From: Felis catus
Lineage: Eukaryota
Direction: 5' to 3'
Assembly: GCF_018350175.1 (NCBI RefSeq)
Contig: NC_058368.1
Span: 71,488,001-71,552,000, forward strand
Length of the DNA stretch: 64,000 bases
Below the pieces are notes generated by a model. That model did not search any database. It was given only the letters and a program-made list of their open reading frames with translations, and was not told where the DNA came from. Numbering within the stretch: position 1 is the first letter of the stretch; every line of letters starts with the position of its first letter. Positions 25,778 to 39,582 of the stretch are shown piece by piece. Position numbers and translations under genes: made by a program.

Positions 25778-28203
25778 TGCTTTTGAAGTCTTGAATTTCT
25801 CCTATTTAGAGTTTGTTGCATACCATCGTATCTAATAGTGTTCTTTAAGAAAAGGGTGTGATTGCTCAATATGAGTATATGAGCCCACCATAACCAAGTA
25901 CAGATAGTTAAAAAGGGTTGGTAGAGTAGACACCAAGACTACTTTATTCTACTGGGATAATATTCCTGATTCTGAATGTAACTTTCTTCTACCACTTCAT
26001 AGTCCAAATCATGGCTGTTCAATGGAATATTTTGCCAAATCAAGAAGTTTTTAAAATTTTGAGCTCTTTCTGCTGGCTTTTATTAACTAAAGAGTTGTAA
26101 CATCAGAGTCCTGGGGTTTTTTGTTGTTGTTAGGGAAGAAATTAACTGTGCAAACCATGGCTAATTTTTTTTATTAACTTTTTAACTACTTCCAGTCAAC
26201 AAATATTTGAAACACTTGAATATTATTGATGTATCTTCTCTGTTTTTTGAGGTCCTGTAGAAGACGTGCAAAAATAGAGTTGGAGGCCAGAAAGAAATTT
26301 CAGATAGAAGTAAAAATGTTCTGCCTTAACTTTGATTTTTGTGTAAGGAAATCATGTAAACTTGTAACATTACTTTTATGGAGCTTTGTAGTCCATAAAA
26401 ATAACATCGTCGTAGCGTCTCAATGTGCGTCATTCGTGACTGAGGGTTTTGATGTCTTTGCAGAAGGCAGCCTAGTGCCTGCCTTTGAAATGTGTGAGGC
26501 AGTTTTAGACGCGCTTCTCAGATGGATTTAATTAGCCCTTCCTGGGACTGGGTGTCCGCTGGTTACAACTGAATTCTCATTTCATTCACCCATAACTAGA
26601 AACACCTCGCTTCAAACGGGCTTCTTCAAAGAAAGAGAGCTTTAGGGTTCTATGTTTTACTGCTGTTTGATGTTGGTTTCCCTTTAACTGAGAAGACCTT
26701 CTGTTTATACAACTGTTATTATTAAGAAAACATAGCTTTCTTCACCGAGGTTCCTTTTGTATCAGTGCTGGTTATTGGGGGAAGTCCGAGATCTGTGGAA
26801 TAGATCTTGCTCTGTCAGACTACTAGGGCAGCCGTGTGTTTGCATATTTTGCTTACGGGAGACGTGAACCAAAATTATGGCATAAACTTGTGGAATAATT
26901 CTGTAAACCCGAAATTTGAATGCCAGTATATAAGGTGAAAACCAGTAACTGAATATGTTAATAGGGCAGTTGGTTCAGAAGCTTATAATATGAACCGCAA
27001 AAATAGAGATCAACCAACAAGGCTTGCCATAATTCAAATAGTAATTGCATCTTGATTTACTCTCCCTACCGTGCATGGCTCATGATATGCTTTCAATAAA
27101 TACTTTAAAAAATTAATTGAAATTAGTATGCTTCAATATCAGAACATATTCTCCATAGTAAGGTTATAGACTTTTAAAAACATATACTGCTAGTAATATT
27201 TGGAGTCTTTGAACAATTATCCCTCAATCTTCACATTTCATTAGAATAGCTACTTGGATTTGCCCTGAAAATAATGCTCTTTCTTCTCTTTTTTTCAGCT
27301 AGTGTGCCTAGGGTCTGGCATGCTTCATCATCAAGGCAGCTTTTATCTTCTGTGCCCACAGTTCTAATTACATTTCAGGGGTTTGTGATCCCTCCCAGAA
27401 TCCTGGTCATTCATTGTATTTAGGATGAAATGCTTCAGGGGGTTTTTGGGCTGTTCACTCATAGGCACAGGTTTGCATCTCTAAAAGTTTTTCTTGCTAT
27501 AACATCCTGATTTGTTTAAAAAAAATCCTAAAAAAGTACTCTTTAACTTATTCTTTTTTACTTTTATGGAAAATTAATTTAGACTATTCAAGCTTAAAAT
27601 TGTCCCATAGCCACAGATCACACTGAAAAATACATAGTAATATGTCCCACAAATTCTTTTGGTGTCTTGTTTCAGGATTCCATCCAAGAATCTGTAGATC
27701 TCAGGCTTGTATTTCTGCCTAGTTTCTTAGCCATAACTGATCTTTTCCATGTTATTCATCAGACGTAGTTGTATATAACTGCCAGTTTCTAACACTAAAG
27801 GTCAGAGATGTATCCACCACTGAAGATAATGAAAAAAAAAGATTGATGAAGGCTTATAAACGGTTTTGTTTTTTGTTTTTTTTTTTTAAATGTTTTGAGC
27901 AATGCTGGCGTAAGCCAGAAAGGGATTTCACTGAAAGGGCCAAAATATTGTTGGGAATTGATCTCTGTGTTCTTTATTACACATTTTGTGACTTGTGACT
28001 ATTTGGGGGAAATCCTGGTGTTAGGAGAATTATAGATGGACATATGGCTCAGGAATATTTCATTTAATTTTGTAAATCTAATGTTTAAAATTTTTATCCA
28101 TATGATTTATTTAAGGTGTTCTTTGAATGGTTCTGCCCTTAGTACAGTGTTACATGGTTTCACAGTCTTTATGTCCTGCAAATGTTCTGACAATCCTGGT
28201 AGA

Positions 28204-28385
28204 GGGATGCCTGGATGGCTCAGTCAGTTGAGTGTTCAACTTCAGCTCAGGTCATGATCTCGTGGTTTGTCAGTTCAAGCCCCACATCATTTGATGTGAC
28301 ATCTGATGACAGCACAGAGCCCGCTTCGGATCCTCTGTCACCCCCTGCCCCTCCCCCACTTGAGATCTCTCTCACACAAAACAAA
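28204..28385 (+). mobile_element. CanSINE (diverged)
   Basis: gggatgcctggatggctcagtcagttgag…aggtcatgatctc. Confidence 0.88.
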
Positions 28386-28834
28386 ATCTTGGTAGAAATA
28401 TAAAATGTCAAATACAAAGGACAGAACATTATGAATTTTATATCAATTTGCAAGACAAGTTTTTAGGGAATCCTATTTCTAACATTTGGAGTTAATAAGT
28501 AACACATTACAGTTATCATGTTTTCTATTCTGCAAACTGGGCCATCTTATAAAAAAGAAATCAGTCACATTGGATATAGGGACATAGACAATCATGCTCT
28601 TCCTCCATTATCTTTATAAAACCTGCCAGCATTTACTAACAGGTTTAGTTTGGAGCTAGGTAAACAGGTGGTGGAGAATTATAGTGTAACATTGTATTTA
28701 AAACAACACTTTTTGAAAACTGATACACCTCTTTACCAGTCACTTAGCAGTTATGTAACCTTGAAGGAATTAATGGAGTATCTCTGAGCTGCTGCTGAGG
28801 TAGGCGCTAGTACTCAGGAAAACAGAAAGGCCAG

Positions 28835-29030
28835 AAGTCAGATGGACTCGGGTTTATGTATCAGTCCTGGAACTGCTGGCTGTAAAATCAGAAGTTATTC
28901 TCTTTTCTAAGCCTTCATTTTCCTCATGTATAACATAGGGTTAATGTTCTCCAGGGTTTTGTGAAAATCAAATGAGACAAGTGTACATAAAGTTGCTAGT
29001 ATAGTGCCTGGCACGTAGTTGGCACTCGAG
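28835..29030 (+). mobile_element. MIR
   Basis: MIR core and 3' end: cttcattttcctcatgtataa…agggttttgtgaaaatcaaatgaga…agtgcctggcacgtagt. Confidence 0.8.
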
Positions 29031-29104
29031 AGTGAGCCCCTTTAATGATCTCACCCCTAAATACAAAGTGATTTTTAAAAGAACCTAAAGTAGCTTTCTT
29101 CAAA

Positions 29105-29355
29105 AAAGTTTATTTTGAGAGAGAAAGAGAGCGCGCAAGCACGAGCCCACTTGAGCAGGGAGGGGGCTGGGGGGGGGGGGAGAGAATGAATGAATGAGTG
29201 AGTGAGTGAATGAATGAATGAATGAATATCCCAAGCAGGCTCCAAGCTGTCAGTTCAGAGCCCGGTGAGGGACTTGAACTCATGAATCATGAGATCATGA
29301 CCTGAGCTGAAATCAAGAGTTGGCCGCTTAACTGACTGAGTCCCTCAGGTGCCCC
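29105..29355 (-). mobile_element. CanSINE with internal G-run and (GAAT/GAGT)n expansion
   Basis: The SINE body is interrupted by a tetranucleotide repeat at about 29183-29227. Confidence 0.9.
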
Positions 29356-29699
29356 AGAATTCATTTGATTTATGAAACTCTCTTTGAGGCTGCCACAGAA
29401 TACCTGGGGAGTAGTTACAGAAGTAAACTTCACCTCTTGGTGTTTCATCTTGGGAAATTTTGTCAAGTGAGCCTGGTGAGCCAGTGGCTGCTGTCCCCAT
29501 GACCCCTCAGGACCCTGTTGTGGTTTGAAAGCCCATGAAGCCTGCACTTCCCCCTTCCCCACTGCAAGACCTGCCTATACTGTTACTAGGTGCAGGGCTG
29601 AGGGGATCAGTCTCTTTGGGGGAATCTGTCCCTTCTCTATGTGGAGCCTTTTCTTCTCCATGGACACTGTACTGATGTCTGTTTAAAATTCCAGGCATC

Positions 29700-29893
29700 G
29701 AGTCACCTGGGTGGCTCAATCAGTTAAGCGACTAATTTTGGCTCAGGTCATGGTTTCACAGTTTGTGTGTTTGAGCTCCATGCAGGGTTCTCCATGCAGT
29801 GTGGAGCCTGCTTCAGATCATTTGCTTCTCTCTCTCTCTGCCCCTCTCCTGCTCTCTCTCTCTCTCAAAAACAAACAAACATTAAAAAAAAAA
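29700..29893 (+). mobile_element. CanSINE
   Basis: Body plus tail; TSD-like tccaggcatc. Confidence 0.9.
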
Positions 29894-30049
29894 ACCAAAC
29901 CAACAACTCCAGGCATCATGGAATTACCATACCAACTGTATACTGACCATTTTTGCAAAAAAAAAAAAAAAAAAATCAACCCTTGCTGTTGGATTTTCCC
30001 TACACATGAATTTATCTACAAATATCTAAGTTGGCTCAGTTGATGTGTA

Positions 30050-30245
30050 ATCAGATCAGCCTGAGTTTGGATATGCTACTTTGCTAGTTGTGGAGCCTTG
30101 AGCAGTTATTTTAACTTCTCTGAGCCTCAGATTTGTCATTTTTAAAATGTGATTAAATACCTCTCTGTTGTAGGAATGCTCTGAGAATTCAGTGAGTTTA
30201 GTGTTTATTAAAATATCTGATTGATGTTAGGCACTCAGTGCATGT
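30050..30245 (+). mobile_element. MIR
   Basis: ccttgagcagttattttaacttctctgagcctcagatttgtcatttttaaaatg matches the MIR core. Confidence 0.8.
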
Positions 30246-31901
30246 TCCCTTTTGTTTAGACTAATTTTTGTGAACAAGTGACAAAAGTTAGCTATGAAGA
30301 AAACCAGGGGGCATTCATAATCGGGGTATTCTCACCATTGGAATGTCTGTTCTGATTCATTGTTTTCTTTTTTTTTACTTCATCTTATTTCTAAGAAGGA
30401 AATTATAAAATAAGCCATGTCTTTTGTTTCTCAGTGTTTGAATCTCAAAAAAAAAAAAATACAGATCTTGCTTGAAATTTTAAAATTTAGTGCAGTGACT
30501 TTGGGTAAGGCTCTGCATGGATATATTTGCGCTTAGCCATATCTATTATGCTGGTATGATGGTGGGTATATACTGCTGTTGCCCCATTTTGTTACTTGGC
30601 TTTTTACAAAAACCACTGACTGTGTTTACATGTGCGATGCATGGTTGCCATATGGAACAAGAGTAAGGAAATCAGCTGGCGATTAAACATAGCACATGCC
30701 CTGTTGTAAATAACCACAGACAAATTTGTGTACAGCTACCAAATTTACCCACTTGGACAAAAAGTGCTTATGTTTAGCTTTTAAAATCTAGTAATGGTCA
30801 CTTAAGAGCTAGCTTGACTGTATCTCCAGCATTATTAATAGAAGAGTTGTTGTTTATTGTTTTTATGATCAGATTTGAAACAGAGTTTAGAAGAATATAT
30901 GATTTGGTTTATAGCCAGCTGCTAAAAACACAAAGGAAGTGTGAGAGCCGTTGGTGCTCGGCAAGATTGCTGGTAGTGGATGTGGTATTCCGTCAGTTTA
31001 TCAAAGATTGGTAAATCTGTTCTGTTTAAGTCCATCCTGCTGGTTTAGGTGCATTAATGGAGCTCTTAACCAGAAGTTTAAGCCATGTCTTCTAGGTTTC
31101 ATCTATTCCATTGGGTTTTGAATTATCACATATCCATATCGCACCACACCTTGAGAATTTTACCCCTGTGGGGAGGTATTTTCTTTTTGTTGAGTACAGC
31201 ATACCAGCTTGGAATTAAGCCGCAGTACAAGAAATACACTGACTTACGGGGAGGATATTCCTGCTAGCATTCTGTGTGTATCATTTGCTTATTCAAGCAT
31301 GTGAACTTCAACAAGAAGAGGTAATTTTGCTTAGATTTCTTGATTTGAATTGTTCTACTGTTTGGCACTGGGTGGAAAAAGGAAAAAAATCATATTGAAA
31401 GCATTGTTCTGTTAATGAAGTTGCTTGTCCCTTTTTGTGCCAAATTTGGCAGGTAAAATTACCATTTATTCTACTTGCTAGAGCTGGAGAATAGATTGTC
31501 GAGGAAAAGTAGCAATTTAAGTAATGACACTAGATAGAATGTGCTGCACTATATACATCTCCCATACTTTTAGATATTGACATGCAATTTTTATTTCTCT
31601 TTAGTAATGCACTTTGTCTTTAACCACTATATTACTTCCAGTAGCTCTCATCAGCTACATGCAATTTGCTTCAGTTGTGAAATTAAAAAAAAAAATACTA
31701 TGTTATTAATTATAACAAACCAAAGTGAAGCATTTTGATTTCAGGATAAAAGAACGATTGTATTTTGTTCTGGATATTTCAGAAGTACTGCATGAATTTT
31801 AATTATGAATAATTAAAATTTAAAAAGGAAAGATGAAATATACACCTTAATATGATGATATATAATACCAAATTTCAGATGTTCATGATTCCTTCCATGT
31901 T

Positions 31902-32105
31902 TAATTTTTTTTAATGTTTATTTATTTTTGAGAGGCAGAGTGTGAGTGGGGGAAGGGCAGAGAGCGAGGGAGACAGAATCTGAAGCAGGCTCCAGGCTCT
32001 GAGCCATCAGCACCGAGCCCGACGCAGGGCTCGAACCCACGAGCTGTGAGATCATGACCTGAGTGGAAATCAGATGCTTAACTGACTCAGCCACCCAGGC
32101 ACCCC
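31902..32105 (-). mobile_element. CanSINE
   Basis: Full body; TSD tgattccttccatgtt. Confidence 0.95.
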
Positions 32106-33308
32106 TGATTCCTTCCATGTTAATTACACTTTGCTCTTTTGTATATATGTGCTTTAATATTTGGCAAATTCTAAAAGACGAATTTTAATCAAAAATCTTG
32201 GTCTAAAGTGAGAAACATCTCATTCAAAATATGAATAGGTGGGTTTTTTTTAATAATGTGTTTAAATGAAACGCATAAATTTAGCATTTGTGAAACTTTG
32301 AAGTAAATATATAATCCACCAAATTTATTTTAGATTAGATTTTTCTCTAGTTATGAAACTTCAGGTTTTTAAAAAATTATTATTTTTGTTGTAGTTTAAA
32401 ATATAATGGCTAAACCTGCCTTCCTTCCAAAAATTAAGAAAGCCTCTGTAGAAACTGATCTGCAAAAAAAAAAAAAAAAAAAAAAAAAAAACAACACCAC
32501 CAATTGGTGAATTTGTAGACTTGCCTAATGTTAATGAAGAAACAGAGTTTCAAGTTGCTGAAACTTGTAACCATCGGTTCCTTCTTTCTGCCCACTAAGC
32601 TAACTGGCAGGCAGGTGCGGATGCTATAAAATCTAACATCGCAATTGACACTAATTGGCATAGTTGTTGGCAGTCTTATCAGAAAGCAAAGGGCTGAATG
32701 GTTGAATGGGTTTAGAGAACTTGAATGATAATAAGCATTTTTATATGCATCTTGAATTACTTTTGTGACCCAGACTAACAGGAACACTTCATTCTGACCT
32801 CATCCTTCAATGAATAGAAATTATAGAAGGCACAATATGCAGTGTGTGTGATTACTGATTATTTTTCAGGTAACCTTTTACAGCTGCCTGCTCCACTGCC
32901 TCTTTCCACCTCCTCCCGCCCCTCTCAGGCTCAGAGAAACCAAAGTATATGTGCTGAAGAAAAAGGAGATAACTACTGTTCCTGAATATTAATTTTTTGA
33001 TTGATTTGTTGCCAAAAGCTTGGTGCATGTCATAGCACTTTAGGCTTAAACTTAAGAAAATATATTAATTGAATTTATGGATGAAAGAACAAGAAGTCTA
33101 AGATTTGCTTCTGAATAGTCACAGAGCAGGTTGGGGGAATCAATGGGGATATAGGTGAGACAAGATTGGCTTTAAGTGGTTAAGTTTTGAACTGGGGTGA
33201 TGGAAATATAGAGGTTGTTAAACTATTCTTGCTGTTTATGTCGAACTTTCCCCAACAGAAGGGTTGTTGTTTTGTTTGTGTAATATGCTCCATGACCTTA
33301 CCCCCTAC

Positions 33309-34220
33309 TTTTTTTTTTTAATGTTTATTTATTTTTATGAGAGAGAGAGAGACAAAGTGCAAGTGGGGAAGGTGCAGAGAGACAGGGAGACACAGAATCC
33401 GAAGCAGGCTCCAGGCTCTGAGCTGTCAGCACAGAGCCCGACGGTGGGTCTCGAACTCACAGACCAGAGCGTGAGATCATGACCTGAGCCAAAGTCGGAC
33501 ACCCATCCAATGGAGCCACCCAGGGCAGGCACCTTCTCTCCCCCTACTTTTATAAGGTCTTTTATACTTACCAGTTCCTTCCTAGTGCCTGCACCGCCTC
33601 TCCTCCCCCCGCTTTTTTTTTTTAAGTTTATCCAGTTTGAGAGAGAGAGCACCAGCAGGGGAGGGGCAGAGAGAGAGGGAGAATCCCTAGCAGGCCCCAT
33701 GCTGCCAGTGCAGAGCCAGATGCAGAATCTGAACCCATGAAACTGTGAGATTATGACCTGAGCCAAAACCAAGAGTCTGATGCTTAACAGATTGAGCCAC
33801 CCAGGTCCCCACAAGTACCTGCTTTTTAAAAATTTTCCTAGTTCCTTCTATCAAAAATGACTCCTTTAAAGTGAGAGTTACATAACCTAGTGAGCTCATC
33901 TATGTGATCGTGTACAAATGAGTTAATTTCTAGGCAGTGTAGATTTTAATTTTTTTTTTCAACGTTTATTTATTTTTGGGACAGAGAGAGACAGAGCATG
34001 AACGGGGGAGGGTCAGAGAGAGAGGGAGACACAGAATCAGAAACAGGCTCCAGGCTCCGAGCCATCAGCCCAGAGCCTGATGCGGGGCTCGAACTCACGG
34101 ACCGCGAGATCGTGACCTGGCTGAAGTCGAACGCTTAACCGACTGTGCCACCCAGGCGCCCCTAGGCAGTGTAGATTTTAATAGGAGCTTTTTAAAGACA
34201 CTTTCTTAGTGTTTATTTTT

Positions 34221-34256
<36 letters not shown>

Positions 34257-34422
34257 ACGCGCGCGTGCATGAATGGGCGAGGGGCAGAGAGATGTAGACA
34301 CAGAATCCGAAGCAGGCTCCAGGCTCTGAGCTGTCAGCACAGAGTTCGTGAACCCACGAACTGTGAGATCATGACCTGAGCCGAAGTCAGATGCTTAACC
34401 GACTGAACCACCCTGGTGCCCC
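33309..34422 (-). mobile_element. Cluster of four same-orientation CanSINEs (33309-33524, 33613-33810, 33951-34162, 34210-34422)
   Basis: Four separate bodies; the third is the young feline type with 20-bp TSD taggcagtgtagattttaat. Confidence 0.93.
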
Positions 34423-36089
34423 TGAAGACTCTGTCTTAACTGAAAGGAATGACTGGGTAGAATTTTTAGTCACTGAGCTGGATCTTTATGCCTGTTCTGA
34501 GTATCACCCCTCCTAGAAGGGTTAACAATTTTAGGTATTGTGTAATGATTGATATTAGCTTTTTTGCTCTAGAGATAATAATGTTTTTCTTCAGTAGAAG
34601 TATTTTCCATTAATGTAACATTTTTTTTAGCTGAGTTAGGAGAGGGTATGACTGTATTGTTTAGCTTATGTTTGTTCATGTGGGTATTTCTGTGTGTTTT
34701 TAGTCCACTCCCCATCCCCAAATAATTTAGAATTACCTGTGTTAAAAATAAAATCAAGTCTTCTTTAGTTCAAAAGGCCCTTTTGCAAAGGGGTATCTAG
34801 GGAGGAGGGATGGTTACTCAAGGCTCTTGCTGGAAAGTTCAGTGCTGCAAACAGTTACTATATCCCTTCCTTCTGTCTGCTGGTTATTACTTAGATGAGT
34901 AGTTGATGTAAATTTTGTACTCTGCTGTTGATCCAAGTCTATTTGGGATTTATTATGATCAGGTAATAAAGTTTTTAGGTGTTTGTAATGTCAATCCTTG
35001 GCTAGTAAAACATGGAGAAACCAAGATCTTTTACACTATTGTGACTTTTTCCATGCTTCTTGTCTATTCTGGAAATTGATAGGAGTTGACCCTTATTTCA
35101 AAGTAGCATTGCCTGAAATAGTTCAGAATTTTTTATAGCTTTCTAAGAAATTAAAATGTGAAATTTTCACTATTTCTGTTTCAGTTTGTATCTGAAATAG
35201 GTCTTTAGGCATGAATGCAGTTTGCTCATTAATTCCTTATGCTATTCTTTGTTGGTGTCCACTCTTCCCTTTCCTTGTTAGCTTTCTCTTTGGCCATGAT
35301 CGGTGTATTATCTCTGGTAACTGCTACCCAAACTGATATATTACATTAGCCATGACCCTTTCCAAGGCTCCTGGAAAAGTGCCAGTTTTCATCTCCTTTT
35401 GGTTTGGAAGCATAGTTTTAGAAATAATAGAATGGTCTTCCTTTGTTCGCAGCAATCAGAATGAAAAGGGTTTATCTAACAATTTGAATAGATAATTTTA
35501 TTTGTGTGGACATGAAAGTGAAACCCTAGAAATGGGATAGAATTTTAAGTGGCATTTTAAATTTGTTTTGAAATTCTTTCTTTCTCTCTTTCTATAAATG
35601 AGCTATGTTAAATATGCGTGCATGTGTGTGTGTGGGGGTGTTCATCTTTGATATATTAGATCCTGTGTAGATTTTATATCCTAAAAGGGCTTAATGGAGG
35701 TTTTTTTATATAGTTGGAATAACTTTAATCTGCTACTCTAAGCACATGTGGATTTTTAAGTACACGTATTACCAACAGTTCACAGGACATTATGACTAAA
35801 AATACTCTTACATAAAGTTACTTTATTAGTCTTACCAAAAGCTGCTGTGGGGAGTTTTAAATTAGAACTATATTTTCATTGGTCAACAATCTAAGATAAA
35901 AGCTACTTATTTGAATAACATGCATTAAGACTATGAGAGCACGTCATTATGCTTTTGTCTGCTTTATGTTGTGTCAATTGTAAACATAGCTTTGTTAGCT
36001 TTTTAGCTATGAAAAAATGAACAGAAGTTATAATAAAAGTTACAAATAAATAAAGTTAGGTTTTCTCTCACTGAATTTGATAATTTTTA

Positions 36090-36700
36090 TTTTTAATACA
36101 ATAGATATTTATCAAAGATCCTTCAGTCTTCAACATCAAAGCACTGTGTTAAGCTCTTCATGAGGCACATGAAAGAAAGAATAAGACACATGAAAGAATA
36201 AGGCACTAATCTGCACTCATGAGCTTCCGGTTTAGTTGGGAGGTTTTGAGATCAATACTGATCTGTAATATAAGGCATAATTTGATAAGTGCATAGAGGT
36301 ACAGAATGTTACAGAAATTCAAAGAAAGGGAAGATTCCATCCAATAGAGCAGAGGACTAGAGGTGGTACAGTTGGCTTGAGAGGGATAAGGCAGAAAGTC
36401 AAGAGCAAACTTGATGCAGCAAATAGCATATGGAGCAGGTAATGAAGAATGGATGGTAGAAGTCTATTAGGCTGAGTTCCTGGAATAGGGCCTGTGCACA
36501 TTTGTTAAATGGAAGAGAAAGAGGGAAGACAAGTCAGAATGATAGGTTGCTGGATCAAGACCATTAAGTATAGAGGACCTTGAGGGCCACTTTGAGAAGT
36601 TAACATTTTATTTGGTAAGCAACCAGAGGCCAAGAAAGATTTTGAGCTGGGAAAACTTGTAAGATAAAAGCCACATCTTTAACTGGTCAGTGAAAGTAAA
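36090..36700 (-). mobile_element. L2 3' region (degenerate)
   Basis: gcactgtgttaagc…ctgcactcatgagctt…tagttgggag and a purine-rich continuation typical of antisense L2. Confidence 0.55.
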
Positions 36701-37479
36701 TAGAATTGTTAAATGCTGATAGGGCCTTGGGAAGGTTTTCTATTTGAATGGGTTGCTAAGAGGAAAAGAGTTTGTATTTGACTTAGTGGCTGATAAGAGA
36801 ATTTGGGCAGATAGACTGGAGAGAAATCAGCAACAGTGGGAGGAGAAAGGGTTAAAAAAGCAAAACTTAGTAAACGGAATATCTTTTAGAACGAGTCTGC
36901 TTCTGTCAAGGCCACTTGTGCTGTGACTCAGTCTGTAAACCATCTCTGCTTGTGACCACCTTGGCTTGATACTTAATCAAGAGTAGGGACTGGAATTCTT
37001 TGGTACCAAGTATGACTGTCCAAATAGTTGGCCTGACCTGATAGTCTGTGTTTTTAGACTTTTGACTGTGGAAAAACCTAAAGTATACATGAAACTGAAA
37101 GAAAAGTATAATGAATATCATGTGCTATCCTTGTTTTATCTCTGCTCACTTTTCAGAAATTTCTGGAGTATTTTAAAGCACGTACGACACATGCTATCAA
37201 TTCATCTTTATTTAAAAATTTTTTTTAGTTTGTTGAGTTGCACATCTTCCAGTGTCCCAATTCCCAAGCCCTTGTACACTGATCATCTAATTCACAGTTC
37301 ATTTTTTTCTCCAAAAAGAAACCTATTTCTTTTGAAATTCACATTAGTGTCAAATCACTTCACCTTTTTAAATTAAAGCACTATCACATTCTTTTTCTAA
37401 TATATATTGTAAAATATATGTAAGGAAGATGATACGTATATATGAATGTTGGGCAGAGAAAACAAGTAGCAGACTTGTT

Positions 37480-38430
37480 CTTTAGGTGGATAATGGAAGG
37501 CAGGTTTCTCACTGTCAGAGAGTGACAAATATAGCACAGAGGAAGGCTAGAATGTACCTGGTGGTATTGGATAGGAGTTGGAGGGATCAGTGTGATCTCA
37601 TGGTTTTTTATACGTAGATACAGAAACAGATTTAGATGGAGTTACTTAGTATTTAATGTTACAGTGGGCAACACCTTGTTGTTGTGGGACACTTGACACC
37701 ATGGTATGATGCTGAAGAAAGCACAGTATCACTGCTATATTGTTCCTGGTAAAAATGCATAATCATGAGGAAACCTTCTTCCAAATTCAGGGATACTCTA
37801 CCAAGTAACTGGTCTATTTCTTCCAAAGGGTCAAGGTCATGAAAGATAAGGCAGAATTAAGAAACTGGTCCAGATGGACAGAGACCAAAGAGACATGACA
37901 GCTAAATGCAGGAGCATAAATTAAATCTTGGACATACCTTAAAGGTTAAAGGGCATTATTGGGTCAATTTCTGGATATTTGAGTAGGGCTTGTGGTTTCA
38001 ATGGTACTATTGGGTCCATATTAAACTCCCTGATTTTGCTGGGTTGTACTGTACAGAGGGCATCCTTGTACTTGGGAACGCACTGCACTATTTTGTTTTT
38101 AATTTTTTTAATGTTTTATTCATTTTCCGAGAGAGAGAGAGAGCAGGGGAGGGGCAGAGAGAGAGAGGGAGACACAGAATCCAAAGCAGGCTCCATGGCC
38201 TTGAGCCTGATGTGGGGCTTGAACTCATGAACCATGAGATCATGACCTGAGCTGTAGTCAGACTGAGCCACCCAGGCGCCCCATTGCAGTTGCACTATTA
38301 AGGGGGCTATAGGACGTCATAACTGGCAAAAAATATTAACTGTCAAAAGTTATTAACAAGTAGGGAATCTGAGCTTGATGTACAATTGCTGTAATTTTTA
38401 TGTACATTTGAAATTACTTCACAAAAAAGG
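37480..38430 (+). mobile_element. Old L1 (L1MC/MD-like) 3'UTR fragment interrupted by a CanSINE
   Basis: gtcaaggtcatgaaagataagg…gagaccaaagagacatgacagctaaatgca resembles L1MC 3'UTR. Confidence 0.65.
38091..38282 (-). mobile_element. CanSINE
   Basis: Typical body with small deletions. Confidence 0.9.
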
Positions 38431-39402
38431 AACAGATCATTCATTAGAATGATGGAAATTGATTGCACTATGTATTTTTCTATTTCGTGTTAGAAGCAAT
38501 GAAAAAATACTGGTAACTCCATAAACCCTAATTCTTACTAGTTGGGTTATATTAGTGGTTTATAGAGCTGAGAAGCTAACTTAGTGACTCTTTCCAAGTG
38601 TGTTTTCTTAAAAATTGTGATCAAGTTGATAGATTTTTACTAGGGTTTTTCCTGAGATACAATTGGGACTTACAGAATAAAAGGCTGGTTGTTACTTTAC
38701 TTTATTCACTGGATGGATTTGGTGAGTAGTTTTTGGGCACCAATTCCTGTATCTCACTTCTCACCATGACCAAAAAAAAAAAAAAAAAAAGGTTTTTTTG
38801 TTCATGCTTAGAAAGCATTGTTATTAGATTTGCAATTCGTGAGAAGTTCTAAGGACATAAACTATATATAGTGATTCTTTTGGCAGTAAATTTGCTACTA
38901 CAGTTTTAATATTCAAACATAAAACTACCAAGTTTATGTTGTTGATATTGCAGTATAAGAGAGAGATAATAAATATCTTCGTATATGTATTAGAAATCAT
39001 ATCACCGATGGCCACAGAAGCTGAGAAGAGAGTGCAGAACTGGGGGGTAATCCTCGGTAGGTAGGAACATAGAAAATAGAATGTCAAATATATTTGTTGC
39101 TGGCCCAGAGAAATGAGCTATTAGGGCAAACTCGTGTCTAAGGGTAGAACTAGAATGCTAAATAGTCACAGGTAGATAAGATGGTTAGGAAATAGCGTGT
39201 TGCAGATGAAGTGCATGGGAATTTAGGGGAAGGAGGACTTAGACACTACTGTGCAAGTCCTGTAGCCCACATAGGTCCTGTGTGGGTGAGCCAGCAGCTA
39301 AGGTTTTTGTTGCGGGGGACAGGGGGACGTGGGAGTGAAATACACAGGAAAAGCAAAAGAGATGCTAATAGAAATCAGATAAAATTTAAAAAGATAAAAA
39401 TG

Positions 39403-39582
39403 AGGGGTGGTTGAGCGTCTGACTCTTGATTTTTGGCTCAGGTCATGATTCCAAGGTCGTGTGGTCTATCCCCAAGTCAGGCTCTGCACTGAGCATGGAG
39501 CCTGCTTGAGATTCTCTCTCCCTCTGACCCTTTTCCCTGACTGCGTGCTCTCTCTTAAAAAAAAAAAAAAAAAAAAAAAAAA
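39403..39582 (+). mobile_element. CanSINE, 5'-deleted, long A tail
   Basis: ggttgagcgtctgactcttgat…ggctcaggtcatgat and a poly(A) at 39557-39582. Confidence 0.88.

Noticed and set aside
32850..32876. Second AG|GT recursive-site-like motif (tttttcag|gtaacc)
   Set aside because: Short pyrimidine tract and a weaker donor than the site at 17883.
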